Assembly: GCA_016699715.1 (NCBI GenBank)
Contig: CP065007.1
Coordinates: forward strand, 563,950 to 627,949
Length of the DNA: 64,000 bases
Source of the DNA: Candidatus Competibacteraceae bacterium
GTDB taxonomy: Bacteria > Pseudomonadota > Gammaproteobacteria > Competibacterales > Competibacteraceae
Reading direction: 5' to 3'
A program made the position numbers and the translations under genes. Below, in pieces: positions 54,093-63,437 of the stretch (position 1 is its first letter; each line of letters opens with the position of its first letter). The notes beneath the pieces were generated by a model. It saw nothing but the letters and a program-made list of their open reading frames with translations. It did no database searches and was not told where the DNA came from.

Positions 54093-55370
54093 TCACGGTT
54101 GAAATACTTTGGCCAGTTGTTGGGGCGTAGTACTCTTCAATTCTCCATTATCGAGATAGGCCAGTTGCACGAAATCGGAGCCCTGATTATCGTTGGTGAA
54201 ATCCAGCTTCAAGCCGCCCAAATCGAAGGTCTGGCCACGCACGGCGCGAAGGAAATTTTCGCGGGTGATCTCGCCTTTAATATTGCGCGCGATTGCCAAA
54301 AACATCTTAGCGACGATGAATCCTTCCAGCGATACGTAACCCAATTGGTTTCCAAGGGCTTTGCGGGCTTCTTCCACAATGGGCAGCTGCGAATCCAAAG
54401 CAGGTACAACGTTAGTCAGGATGACCTTGTCGGTTACCTTGTGATCCACCAAGGCTTTCATTAAGTTGTCGGCACCGGTAAAAGATACCGCGCTGACGAC
54501 CCAATGGTCACCCTTGTAGCGCGAATAACCGATGAAGGAGGCAATCGGAGAATATGTTCCTACCGTCACCACTAAGCGGCAATGTGTGCCCGCCGCCTGT
54601 TCCCATTGTTTCAGCGACAGATAACCTTCTCTCGCACGGTTCGCGTTACGAAGATAAACACCGACGGGCCCAATCCCATTACGAGCCGGCTCATCCCCTT
54701 GCATGGCAAGGATTTGCTCTAGTTTGCCGACAACCTCAGCCATGCCGGGTTGTTTTGATAGCACTTCCTTAATTCCCAAGACGCCGGCCATGCCATAGGC
54801 ATCGTTCTGAACATAGGCGCAAATCTCTTGGGGCTTCACGCCCGCGGAAAGGGCGGCCTCAATCGTATTGGTGATTTCCTGAACGTAGCTGGCGCGAAAG
54901 TTGACAATGTCGCCAACGCCGGGCCGCAAGAGACCGGCGCCGGTGAAAAACCCAACGGCGGGAACCTTGTTTTCGGCCAGAATTGGAAGGGCGACTTTTG
55001 CCGTGGGAGTACCCACACTACCCAGCATAAGAAATATTCCTTGGTCAATCAATTGGTTGGTAGATTTGATCGTATCCGCGGGGTTATAGAAATCGTTGAG
55101 CGCCATAAATTCAATCGCCCGGTTTTGGATTTTCTCTCCCTTGAGCGCAGCATTGATACCCGCTTCCATTCCTAGACCCAGCTCATTGGACTGACCCTTC
55201 AAATCCATCACCCCGCCGATTTTGACGGCGGTGCTGGTTACTCCCGCTTCCTCCGCCAAGGCTTGAACGCCGCTCGCCGCAATCAAACTTAGCATAAGCA
55301 GCAAATAAGAGCGCATCGTTGCTGGCCAATTATTTCTTGGGCTTTTTAGCCCTTGACTGAATATGGACAT
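54093..55370 (-). CDS. Periplasmic binding protein, type I (Peripla_BP_6-like); paralog of 49826..51100
   Basis: Track ORF 54093..55418, start moved to ATG 55370 (GGAGA 6 nt upstream). VKIGGVMDLKG...FMALNDFYNP...GTPTAKVALPILAENKVPAVGFFTGA. Colinear with the other copy over its full length; roughly half the positions look identical by eye (not computed). Confidence 0.85.
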   Translation of the reverse strand: MSIFSQGLKSPRNNWPATMRSYLLLMLSLIAASGVQALAEEAGVTSTAVKIGGVMDLKGQSNELGLGMEAGINAALKGEKIQNRAIEFMALNDFYNPADTIKSTNQLIDQGIFLMLGSVGTPTAKVALPILAENKVPAVGFFTGAGLLRPGVGDIVNFRASYVQEITNTIEAALSAGVKPQEICAYVQNDAYGMAGVLGIKEVLSKQPGMAEVVGKLEQILAMQGDEPARNGIGPVGVYLRNANRAREGYLSLKQWEQAAGTHCRLVVTVGTYSPIASFIGYSRYKGDHWVVSAVSFTGADNLMKALVDHKVTDKVILTNVVPALDSQLPIVEEARKALGNQLGYVSLEGFIVAKMFLAIARNIKGEITRENFLRAVRGQTFDLGGLKLDFTNDNQGSDFVQLAYLDNGELKSTTPQQLAKVFQP

Positions 55371-56151
55371 GACTATCTCCTGGTTTGAAATTACATCAAA
55401 AAAATGTTTTTTTATCAATCAACAGCTTGTCTCTCGTAGCCGCAATTAAGATCCAACTCAAGGTTTTTCTGATCAAAGCCATTCAACTCAAAAGGCACGG
55501 CCAATAACTGGACTTCTGTTATGGCGGAAATGGCTGCGAGTCAGTCCTGGATAGACATCGGGCTTACCATGCCGTGATATAGCCACCAATTACATCAGCA
55601 ACTGAAGTAGCTTTAAGCAATAAGCAAGCCAATATGGTAATTCATGCTGTGAAATCCGGATCGTCAGCTGATCCCGTATGGGTCGTCGTCACCCATAATC
55701 AGTTTTTTTAGAGTCATGAAAAAATTACACGTTTTTTTTCAATTAGTTAAAGCGTGGCTTTGAGGTGTTTTCAAGGTAAAAAGAGGATTATGCGGAGATT
55801 GTTAAATATATAGTACATGCAAAAAATACAAAATTTCAATTGTATCAATAATTGTAATTAAAAAAAGCCATTAATTGACTTAACGCTACTTTTTGAAATC
55901 ATGTGTCAAAATATATGACAAAACAGGAGATGGGTCGGGCCAGTTTGAGCTGGCGAAACCATGAGAGCGTTAAGATGCTGTCGATTACATGCAACCCACT
56001 AAATTATTGGGTATTTTTTATGGTGTAGCCTTGCGGGATGAAGTGGGAGCCGTGTGAAGAGATAAAGAGGTGTGGGTTTGTCGGCCAGCGGATCGCTTGC
56101 TCCGCTGAGTCGGCGCGCCGTTGAGAGCAGGGAGAGAAGCGGGGTGACGGC

Positions 56152-56952
56152 TTATTCGCCCGACTGCAGCAGCGAACCATGTTCGCGTGCATGACGGACG
56201 GCAGCTAAAAATACATTGATCGCCAAACCGAGGTAGCCGGCATTCAGCAGCAGGGCATACAGAAAATAATCCAACCGGAACGCATGATCCAGCAGTACCG
56301 CCCGCATCCCCTCGAACACATGACTGGCGGGTAAGATCCAGGCCAGCGGTTGCAGCCAGCCGGGCAGGGTGGCGATGGGGTAGTAGATCCCGCACAACGG
56401 CGCCAGGGCGAAGATCGCCGCCCAAGCGATGCTTTCGGCGCCCATGCCATGGCGCAGCACCAGGGCGGCGACCAGCAGACCGATGGCCCAGCCCATCAAC
56501 AGCAGGTTGAGAAAAAAGCCGGCCAGCGGCGGTCCCAGCGCGAACAGGTTGTAGCCGTAGAACGGCAGCGCCAGCGCCACCGCGACCCCGACGCCGACCA
56601 GCGTGCGAATCAGGCTGATCGACATCAGCGCCAGGATCAGTTCGATCGGCCGCAGCGGACTGACGAACAGTTGAGCCAGATTGCGGGCGTGCAGCTCCTC
56701 GAAGAACACCACCGATACGCCCAACTGGCTGCGAAACAGAATATCCCACAGCAGCACGCCCGACAGCAGCAGCCCCGCCGCCTGGCCGAGTACGTCGCTG
56801 TGACCGGCCAGATAGCGGGTGATGAAGCCCCACAGGATCATCTGCACGGTGGGCCAGTAGGCCAGCTCGACGATGCGGATCCAGGAACGGCGCAGCAGGT
56901 AGAGGTAGCGCAGCGCCAGCGCGCCGATGCGTTGCGGGGAAATTCCATTCAT
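56152..56952 (-). CDS. ABC-2-type transporter permease
   Basis: 266-aa ORF, six predicted hydrophobic helices. N-terminus RIGALALRYLYLLRRSWIRIVELAYWP is typical of ABC-2 exporters. Overlaps the ATPase stop (ATGA). Confidence 0.85.
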   Translation of the reverse strand: MNGISPQRIGALALRYLYLLRRSWIRIVELAYWPTVQMILWGFITRYLAGHSDVLGQAAGLLLSGVLLWDILFRSQLGVSVVFFEELHARNLAQLFVSPLRPIELILALMSISLIRTLVGVGVAVALALPFYGYNLFALGPPLAGFFLNLLLMGWAIGLLVAALVLRHGMGAESIAWAAIFALAPLCGIYYPIATLPGWLQPLAWILPASHVFEGMRAVLLDHAFRLDYFLYALLLNAGYLGLAINVFLAAVRHAREHGSLLQSGE

Positions 56953-57701
56953 TCGATCACCTCGCCGCTTTGGATGCCGCGGGCGATGTCGAGAAACACT
57001 TCTTCCATGTCCTTGCGGCCGTAGCGGTGGATCAGCTCGCGCGGCGTGCCGCTGGCGACGACGCGCCCGGTCCGCAGCATGATCACCTGATCGCAGAGCC
57101 GTTCCACCTCGCTCATGTTGTGCGAGGCCAGCAGCAGGGTCGCGCCGCTGTGGCGCTGGAAGTTGGTCAGGATGCCGCGCATCCGGTCGGCGGTATCGGG
57201 GTCGAGTGAGGCGGTCGGCTCGTCGAGCAGCAGGATGTCCGGTTCGTTCAGCAGCGCCTTGGCCAGCGCCACCCGGGTTTTCTGGCCGGCGGACAGACTG
57301 CCGTAGGGACGTTGGAAGAAAGCATCGATATCCAAATCCCGCCCCAGCACCGCCAGCCGCTCGCGCACGCGGGGCACGCCGTACAGGCGAGCGTAGACGG
57401 TCAGGTTTTCCGCCACGGTCAAGCGTTGCGGCAGATCGACATAGGGTGAGGAGAAGTTCATGCGCGGCAGCACGCGGTGCTGGTGGCGCGGCACCTCTTC
57501 GCCGAGAATGTGAATTCGGCCGCCGGTCGGTAGCAGTAGCCCCAGTAGCATGGCGATGGTGGTGGTTTTGCCGGCACCGTTACCGCCGAGCAGGGCGCAG
57601 GTGGCGCCACGAGCGATGTCGAAGCTGATGCCGTCCACGGCCCGCACCGAACCGTAGTGCTTACACAGATCCTCGACCTGGATGACGGGTGGTTCAGCCA
57701 C
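56949..57701 (-). CDS. ABC transporter ATP-binding protein (ABC-2/DrrA-like exporter ATPase)
   Basis: 250-aa ORF (GTG start). Walker A GGNGAGKTT, signature LSAGQKTRVALAKAL, Walker B ILLLDEPTASLD. Confidence 0.9.
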   Translation of the reverse strand: MAEPPVIQVEDLCKHYGSVRAVDGISFDIARGATCALLGGNGAGKTTTIAMLLGLLLPTGGRIHILGEEVPRHQHRVLPRMNFSSPYVDLPQRLTVAENLTVYARLYGVPRVRERLAVLGRDLDIDAFFQRPYGSLSAGQKTRVALAKALLNEPDILLLDEPTASLDPDTADRMRGILTNFQRHSGATLLLASHNMSEVERLCDQVIMLRTGRVVASGTPRELIHRYGRKDMEEVFLDIARGIQSGEVIE

Positions 57702-58050
57702 CGGCGCGTTCCAGGGGATCGAGCGCGATCAGCCAGCCGTCCCGCTCGATCAGCGCCACCGCTTGCAGCGACTGCCGGGCGCAGGGGCCGGAAACGCAAT
57801 AACCGTCTTCAATACGAAACAGGGCTCCGTGGATGCCGCACTGGATGACCGTGCCGGTGCAATCCAGAAACTGGTCGGGTTCCCATTCCATCGGCGCGCC
57901 GGTATGCGGGCAGCGGTTGCGGTAGGCGTAAATGCCCTCCCGCGTGCGCACCAACACGAGGTCGGCGTAGCGGGAAGCCGGGTTGATGACGATGCCCTTG
58001 CTTTGACCTTCGGCCAGGTCGTCCAGGCGACAGAGGGGGTGTTCGGGCAT
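57694..58050 (-). CDS. Small Rieske [2Fe-2S] domain protein
   Basis: 118-aa ORF. CPHTGAPM ... CGIHGALF (CxH...CxxH Rieske ligands). The stop overlaps the ABC ATPase start, and the start lies 6 nt after the ubiI-like stop. Confidence 0.85.
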   Translation of the reverse strand: MPEHPLCRLDDLAEGQSKGIVINPASRYADLVLVRTREGIYAYRNRCPHTGAPMEWEPDQFLDCTGTVIQCGIHGALFRIEDGYCVSGPCARQSLQAVALIERDGWLIALDPLERAGG

Positions 58051-58056
58051 CGGAAC

Positions 58057-59277
58057 TCAGCTCGCCGCCCGCGCCAGTTTCGGCAGATCGCCCTCCAGCC
58101 CCATCGCCCGCCGGGCGATGCGGTTTTTCAGCGGGCCGGCGGCGTCGGTCAGGTTGAGGCCAAGATTCCGCAGTAGCCGCACCGGTGGCAGCGGGTTGCC
58201 GAACAGCCGCTTGAAACCGTCCATGACGCCCAGCATTAGCAGATTATCGCCTTTGCGCCAGCGTTCGTAGCGCCGCAGTACCCTGAGTGCGCCCACCTCG
58301 TGACCGGCGGCCAGGCCGTCCAGCAGCACCTCGGCCAGCGTCGCCGCGTCCAACAGTCCCAGATTGACGCCCTGTCCGGCCAGCGGGTGGAGCACATGGG
58401 CGGCGTCGCCGATCAGAGCCAGGCCAGGTTTGACGTAGGCGTGGGCGTGCTGCAAACGCAGGGGGAAAGCACCGCGTGGCCCGACCTGCACGATCTCACC
58501 CAGTCGCCGGTCGAAGGCTTCCGTCAGCGCCCGAGCGAAATCGTGCTCGTCCAGCCCCAGTAACTGGTCGGCCTGTTCCGGTGTGGTGGACCAGACGATG
58601 GAACAGCGCCCGTCGTGCAGCGGCAGGAACGCCAGCGGCCCGGTCGGCAGAAAACGCTGCCAGGCGGTTTCCTGATGTGCTTCGGCGGTGCGCACGTTGG
58701 CGACCAGCGCCTTCTGGTCGTAGCTCCAGCCGCGAGTGTCGATTTCCGCCAGTTCTCGCACCCTGGATTGCGCGCCGTCCGCGCCGACCAGCAGCCGCGT
58801 CGCGAATTCGCGCCCATCGGTCAAGCGCACTCGCCAGCCACCCGCGTCCTCGGGCCAAGCGGTTTCCAGCGCCGCCGGACACAGCAGATCCACCGCCGGC
58901 AGTTGCCGCGCCCGCTCCAGGAGAGCGTACTGAATCACCCGATTTTCGACGATCCAGCCCAGCAGCGGCTCGCCGAGGGTGGCGCTGTCGAAATGAATCT
59001 GACCAAAGCCACCGGCGTCCCATACCCGCATGTCGCGGAAGGGACTGACCCGCCAGGCGGTCATGCCGCTCCAGGCGTCCACCGCCGCGAAAATGCGCTG
59101 CGAGGCGCGATGGATGGCGGAGACCCGCAGGTCGGCTTCCTCGTTCGGACGGATGCGCTCCAGCGGCACGCCTTCCAGCAGGGCGATTTTGAGATCGGCG
59201 TGGCCCAGCGCGCAGGCCAGCGTCGAGCCGACCATGCCGCCGCCGGCGATGATGAGGTCGTAATCGGGATTCGTCAT
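58057..59277 (-). CDS. ubiI: UbiH/UbiF/VisC/COQ6-family FAD-dependent ubiquinone-biosynthesis hydroxylase (UbiI/VisC position)
   Basis: Track ORF 58057..59373, start moved to Met33 (MTNPDYDLIIAGGGMVGSTLA), giving an ATGA overlap with the ubiH stop. GDAAHVLHPLAGQGVNLGL motif. Confidence 0.8.
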   Translation of the reverse strand: MTNPDYDLIIAGGGMVGSTLACALGHADLKIALLEGVPLERIRPNEEADLRVSAIHRASQRIFAAVDAWSGMTAWRVSPFRDMRVWDAGGFGQIHFDSATLGEPLLGWIVENRVIQYALLERARQLPAVDLLCPAALETAWPEDAGGWRVRLTDGREFATRLLVGADGAQSRVRELAEIDTRGWSYDQKALVANVRTAEAHQETAWQRFLPTGPLAFLPLHDGRCSIVWSTTPEQADQLLGLDEHDFARALTEAFDRRLGEIVQVGPRGAFPLRLQHAHAYVKPGLALIGDAAHVLHPLAGQGVNLGLLDAATLAEVLLDGLAAGHEVGALRVLRRYERWRKGDNLLMLGVMDGFKRLFGNPLPPVRLLRNLGLNLTDAAGPLKNRIARRAMGLEGDLPKLARAAS

Positions 59278-60530
59278 GGGATCGTCGCCCCCGAGGGTGA
59301 TGCCGTCAGCGCCAGCCCGCGCGCCAGTTTCGGCACCCGCCCGTCCAGCCCCATGGTTTGTCGGGCGAACCAATGCTTGAGCGGTGGCAGCAGGTCAAAT
59401 CCCAGCAGTCCCAGATTGCGGGCGGCCCGCACCGGCGGCAGCGGGTTGGCGAACAGCCGGTTCAGCGCGTCGGTGAATGCAATCGTCCGTCGCTGATCCC
59501 AGCGCCGCCAGTCGGCGTAGCGGTTGAGCACCCTAAGATCGCCGATGTCCTCGCCACGCCGACCCGCGTCCGCGACCACTTCCGCCAGCGCCGCCACGTC
59601 GCGGATGCCGAGGTTGAAGCCCTGGCCGGCGATGGGATGCAGGGTGTGGGCGGCATTGCCGAGGATCGCCACGCGCTGGCGGGCGTGTTCGCGTGCTTTC
59701 AGCAGAAACAGCGGATAGGCTTGCCGACGGCCGACGCGGAGAAACGGCCCCAGCCGGTCGCCGAATCGTTGCTGCAGCAGGGCGATGAAACCGGCGTCGT
59801 CGAGGTCCAGCACCGCCGCCGCTTCGGCGTCGTCCACCGTGCAGACCACCGCGCAGCGGTTGTCGCTCATGGGCAGCAGCGCCACCGGTCCGTCCGGGGT
59901 GAAGCGCTCGTAGGCCACGTGGCGATGCGGCAGGGTCGGGGTGACGTTGGCGATCACCGCCTGCTGGCCATACTCCCAGCGCAGGGTGGCGATGCCGAGT
60001 TGTTCGCGCACCGGCGAGCGGGCGCCGTCGGCGGCCACCAGTAAGCGAGCCCGCAGTTCCACCGTCCGTTCGTCGCCAAAACGGACGCCGATACAGGCGG
60101 CGTCCGGTTCGATGCGCACGGTTTCCAGTCGGGCCGGGCAGAGCAGTTCCACCTTGCTCAAGGTCGGCAATTTCGCCAGTAGCGCCGCGCCGATCAAGCG
60201 CGCCTCGGCCACGTAACCCAGCGCCTCCACGCCCTCGTCGCGGCAGTCGAGATGGGCGAAGCCGGGGCTGCCGCGCTCGGAAATGTGGATTTGGCGGATC
60301 GGCGTGGCGGTGGCGGCCAGCGTTTCCCACAGATCCAGGGTCTGGAAGATGCGTCGGGTCCCCTGCGCCAGGGCCAGGGTGCGGTCGTCATAGCCGGGGT
60401 GCTCGCTGACGGTCAGCGGCGCGGCCTCGATCAGGCCGATCCGTAAATCCTGACCGTCCAGCGCGCAGGCCAGACTGGCGCCGACCATGCCGCCGCCAAC
60501 GATCAGCAGATCGTAGTCCACGTTGTTCAT
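59274..60530 (-). CDS. ubiH: 2-octaprenyl-6-methoxyphenol hydroxylase (UbiH-like)
   Basis: Track ORF 59274..60548, start moved to Met7 (MNNVDYDLLIVGGGMVGASLA), overlapping the pepP stop. GNAAHTLHPIAGQGFNLGI. Gene order pepP-ubiH-ubiI as in E. coli. Confidence 0.82.
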   Translation of the reverse strand: MNNVDYDLLIVGGGMVGASLACALDGQDLRIGLIEAAPLTVSEHPGYDDRTLALAQGTRRIFQTLDLWETLAATATPIRQIHISERGSPGFAHLDCRDEGVEALGYVAEARLIGAALLAKLPTLSKVELLCPARLETVRIEPDAACIGVRFGDERTVELRARLLVAADGARSPVREQLGIATLRWEYGQQAVIANVTPTLPHRHVAYERFTPDGPVALLPMSDNRCAVVCTVDDAEAAAVLDLDDAGFIALLQQRFGDRLGPFLRVGRRQAYPLFLLKAREHARQRVAILGNAAHTLHPIAGQGFNLGIRDVAALAEVVADAGRRGEDIGDLRVLNRYADWRRWDQRRTIAFTDALNRLFANPLPPVRAARNLGLLGFDLLPPLKHWFARQTMGLDGRVPKLARGLALTASPSGATIP

Positions 60531-61894
60531 CCGCCCTCCCGCATCCATGCTTCGATGTCGGCGATTTCCTTGGGCGCGGCCTCGGTCAGCACTTCGGGCT
60601 CGTCGGCGGTGACCAGCACGTCATCCTCGATGCGGATGCCGATTCGCCACCAGCGTTCGTCCACATCGGTTTCCAGCCGAACGCCGAGCCGCGCCCAGCT
60701 CTCCTCCATGCGTTTACTGCCGGCGGGGATGTACAGTCCGGGCTCGATGGTGGTCACCATGCCCGGTTCGAACGCCCGCCAGTCGTCGCCGGTCTTGTAG
60801 TCGCCGACGTCGTGGACGTCCATGCCCAGCCAGTGGCCGGTGCGGTGCATGTAGAATCCCTTGTGCTGTTCCGTCTTGATCAGTGCGTCCACTTCGCCGT
60901 GCAGCAGGCCGAGCGCCACCAGCCCCTCGGTCAGAACGCGGACCGCCGCGTCGTGCGGCTCGTTGAAGCGGCGGCCGGGGCGGACCTGGTCGATGGCGGC
61001 TTTCTGCGCGGCTAGCACCAGCTCGTAAATGGCGCGTTGCTCGCCGGAGAAGCGGCCGTTGACCGGAAAGGTGCGGGTGATATCGGACGCGTAGCCGTCC
61101 ACCTCGGCGCCGGCGTCGATCAACAGCAGGTCGCCGTCGCGCAGTTCGGCGTTGTTTTCGATGTAATGCAGGATGCAACTGTTGTCGCCGCCGCCGACGA
61201 TGGCTGGATAGGACCAGCCGGCGCCGTTACCGAGAAAGGTGTGGAAGATTTCCGCCTCGATCTGGTATTCCATCATGCCCGGTCGGCAGGCCCGCATGGC
61301 CCGGCGATGCGCTTCGCAGGCGATGCGGGCGGATTCGCGCATCACCGCGATTTCCTCGGGTTCCTTGCGCAGTCGCATGGCATGCAGCAGGTGTTCCAGG
61401 GCAATGAAGGCGACCGGTGCCCGCACCCCGGTGCGGGCCTGGCCACGGACCCGGTTGATCCAGTCCATGACCCGCCGGTCGAAATCCGGGTTGTAACCGA
61501 TGGCGTAAAATACCCGTTCGCGGTTTTCCAGCAAGGGCGGTAGCAGCTGGTCCAATTGGGCGATGGGATGGGCGTTGTCGGCGCCGTAGCGCTCCACCGC
61601 GCCTTGCGGTCCGGCGCGACGACCGTGCCAGATTTCCATTTGCGGGTCGCGCTCGCGGCAGAACAGCAGAAACTCCTGTTCGCCACCGGGGGCCAGCACG
61701 GCGATCGCTTCCGGCTCGGGAAAACCGGTCAGATAATAAAAATCGCTGTCTTGACGGTAGGGATAGTGGATATCGCGGTTGCGCGGGGCCGACGGCGCGG
61801 CCGGCAGCACGGCGACCGAACCGGGACCCATGCCTGCCATCAGCGTGCGGCGGCGGCGGGCGAAAACGCTGGGCGGTATGGTACGGGCAAGCAT
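60527..61894 (-). CDS. pepP: Xaa-Pro aminopeptidase
   Basis: 455-aa ORF. YRQDSDFYYLTGF N-domain, then metal ligands in LIDAGAEVDGYASDITRTF, HRTGHWLGMDVHD, EPG.Y and RIED. Confidence 0.9.
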   Translation of the reverse strand: MLARTIPPSVFARRRRTLMAGMGPGSVAVLPAAPSAPRNRDIHYPYRQDSDFYYLTGFPEPEAIAVLAPGGEQEFLLFCRERDPQMEIWHGRRAGPQGAVERYGADNAHPIAQLDQLLPPLLENRERVFYAIGYNPDFDRRVMDWINRVRGQARTGVRAPVAFIALEHLLHAMRLRKEPEEIAVMRESARIACEAHRRAMRACRPGMMEYQIEAEIFHTFLGNGAGWSYPAIVGGGDNSCILHYIENNAELRDGDLLLIDAGAEVDGYASDITRTFPVNGRFSGEQRAIYELVLAAQKAAIDQVRPGRRFNEPHDAAVRVLTEGLVALGLLHGEVDALIKTEQHKGFYMHRTGHWLGMDVHDVGDYKTGDDWRAFEPGMVTTIEPGLYIPAGSKRMEESWARLGVRLETDVDERWWRIGIRIEDDVLVTADEPEVLTEAAPKEIADIEAWMREGG

Positions 61895-61916
61895 CGGCGG
61901 CGGGGCTCCGGGTTGA

Positions 61917-62462
61917 TTAGTGCAGGCGGGTGGAGGGGCGGCTCAGGTCCTGCTGGACGATCAGCAACCCGACCCGCAGGTATTCGACCACTTCGGCGTA
62001 AGCGGTTTCATCGGCTTCGGTGGCGTCTTCGGTTTCGAAGCCAACCCGGGCAATTTCGGCCGCGTCGTGCAGAAATTCCCGGCTTTCCTCGGAGAGCGCG
62101 CGGTGCTGGTCAGCCTGCCCCAGACCCAAGCCGAACAGCAGGCCCTGACACCAGGCGCCGAGTGCATCGGTGCGTTGCCGCAGGGGGGCCTCGTCTTCAG
62201 GCAACAGAGGGGTTGCCGTGCAGTCGATATCGCTCAATTGGGCGGCGCCGTATTCGAACAGCTTCCGTAGCAGATCGTCGGCGGCTTCGGAGTCCTCGCT
62301 CTTGTCGGCCAGTTCTTCGTGGACACAGCTTAGCCACCGCTCGCAGTTCAGGTTCGGGTCGGCGCACAGCAGGCCGCACAGCAATCCATGCAACTCGGCG
62401 GGGTTGAAGGGATCGAGCAACCGGGTCAGGCGTTCGAATATGGGCGAATGGCTGGCAAGCAT
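61917..62462 (-). CDS. ygfB: UPF0149 family protein (YgfB-like)
   Basis: 181-aa acidic protein. ELHGLLCGLLC...LGAWCQGLLFGLGL motifs. Conserved position upstream of pepP. Confidence 0.8.
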   Translation of the reverse strand: MLASHSPIFERLTRLLDPFNPAELHGLLCGLLCADPNLNCERWLSCVHEELADKSEDSEAADDLLRKLFEYGAAQLSDIDCTATPLLPEDEAPLRQRTDALGAWCQGLLFGLGLGQADQHRALSEESREFLHDAAEIARVGFETEDATEADETAYAEVVEYLRVGLLIVQQDLSRPSTRLH

Positions 62463-62582
62463 CGGGAGAACTCCTGCACTCTTGAAGCGACGCGTCGGCG
62501 GGCAATCCTAACATTCCTCGCTTTGACCTCGAAAGCGGGCGGAAAATTGACCCGGCTGGAATGACCGCTCTATAGTATTTAC

Positions 62583-62861
62583 ATGGAAACCGACGAACTG
62601 TACGAAACCGCAGCGCCCGCCGAGGTGGGCGATCTGGAAAATACCCCTGAAACCGCCACGACCGGTCTCGCCATCCTTGCCGAACGGCTGGAACGGCTGG
62701 CCGCGCTGTGCGAGCGTTTGCAGGAAGACAACCACTTTTTGCGCGAGCAGAATCAGGTATTGCAGGCGGAAAGCAGCACCCTGCGCGAGCAGAACGAACA
62801 GTCGCGTTCCCGCATCGAGGCCATGATCGTGCGCCTGAGGGGTTTGGAGCAAGCCTCATGA
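62583..62861 (+). CDS. Small coiled-coil protein of the type found upstream of zapA (TIGR02449-like)
   Basis: 92-aa ORF. LERLAALCERLQEDNHFLREQNQVLQAESSTLREQNEQSRSRIEAMIVRLRGLE heptad pattern. ATGA overlap with zapA. Confidence 0.6.
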   Translation: METDELYETAAPAEVGDLENTPETATTGLAILAERLERLAALCERLQEDNHFLREQNQVLQAESSTLREQNEQSRSRIEAMIVRLRGLEQAS

Positions 62862-63175
62862 GCCAGGAAACCGTGGGTGTCACCGTGCATCTGATGGGTT
62901 GTGAGTATCGCTTTGCCTGCCGACCCTCCGAGCGCGACGATCTGTTGGAGGCGGCCCGCTATCTCGACGAACAGATGCGGGAAGTGCGTGATCACACCAG
63001 CAAGCTGCTGAGCTTGGAAGCGGTTGCGATGATGGCCGCGCTCAATGTCAGCAACGAGTTGCTGCGGCAGCGGCGTTTGTCGGCTGAAGCGAATACGCTG
63101 GTCGACCGTCAGGTGGGGGATTTATTACAAAAAGTTGACGCTGTGCTTAGCAAAGCTGAGTCGGAAGGGTTATAA
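62858..63175 (+). CDS. zapA: Cell division protein ZapA
   Basis: Track ORF 62708..63175, start moved to Met51 (MSQETVGVTVHLMGCEYRFACRPSERDDLLEAARYLDEQMREV...AVMAALNVSNELL). Confidence 0.85.
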   Translation: MSQETVGVTVHLMGCEYRFACRPSERDDLLEAARYLDEQMREVRDHTSKLLSLEAVAMMAALNVSNELLRQRRLSAEANTLVDRQVGDLLQKVDAVLSKAESEGL

Positions 63176-63203
63176 TCCCCTCCAAGGATCTCTATTTCAG
63201 TTT

Positions 63204-63398
63204 GGGCGTTCTCTGCGGTGTTCGAGTAATGGGCCGGGTAACCCCTTGATCCTAGATATTTTTACCCAGGGAGCACGGTCGTCGGTGTGGTGTGCATGTC
63301 CGCCATGTTGCGGAAAGCCTGATATGCCGCTCTGTTCCCCCACTTGAACCACATGGTTCAAGGGCAAAGGCTCGAGACGGCACAGGCGGAGAACGCCC
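63204..63398 (+). ncRNA. ssrS: 6S RNA
   Basis: Located between zapA and the 5-formyl-THF cyclo-ligase gene, as in other gammaproteobacteria. The 5' arm GGGCGTTCTCTGCGG can pair with the 3' arm CAGGCGGAGAACGCCC. Contains the conserved CTTGAACC...GGTTCAAGGG hairpin, as in E. coli 6S. Ends are approximate (plus or minus 10 nt). Confidence 0.8.
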
Positions 63399-63410
63399 TC
63401 TTCCCAACCC

Positions 63411-63437
63411 AGCGACGCATTACGCGTCGTTTTTTTA
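63411..63437 (+). terminator. Rho-independent terminator after 6S RNA
   Basis: Stem CGACGC / GCGTCG (extendable by A-T and G-T pairs) with loop ATTAC, followed by TTTTTTT (63430..63436). Confidence 0.6.

Noticed and set aside
55925-56025. 32-codon ORF (MGRASLSWRNHESVKMLSITCNPLNYWVFFMV) in the AT-rich intergenic region
   Set aside because: The AGGAG abuts the ATG with no spacing, and the peptide has no features. It is likely a chance ORF.
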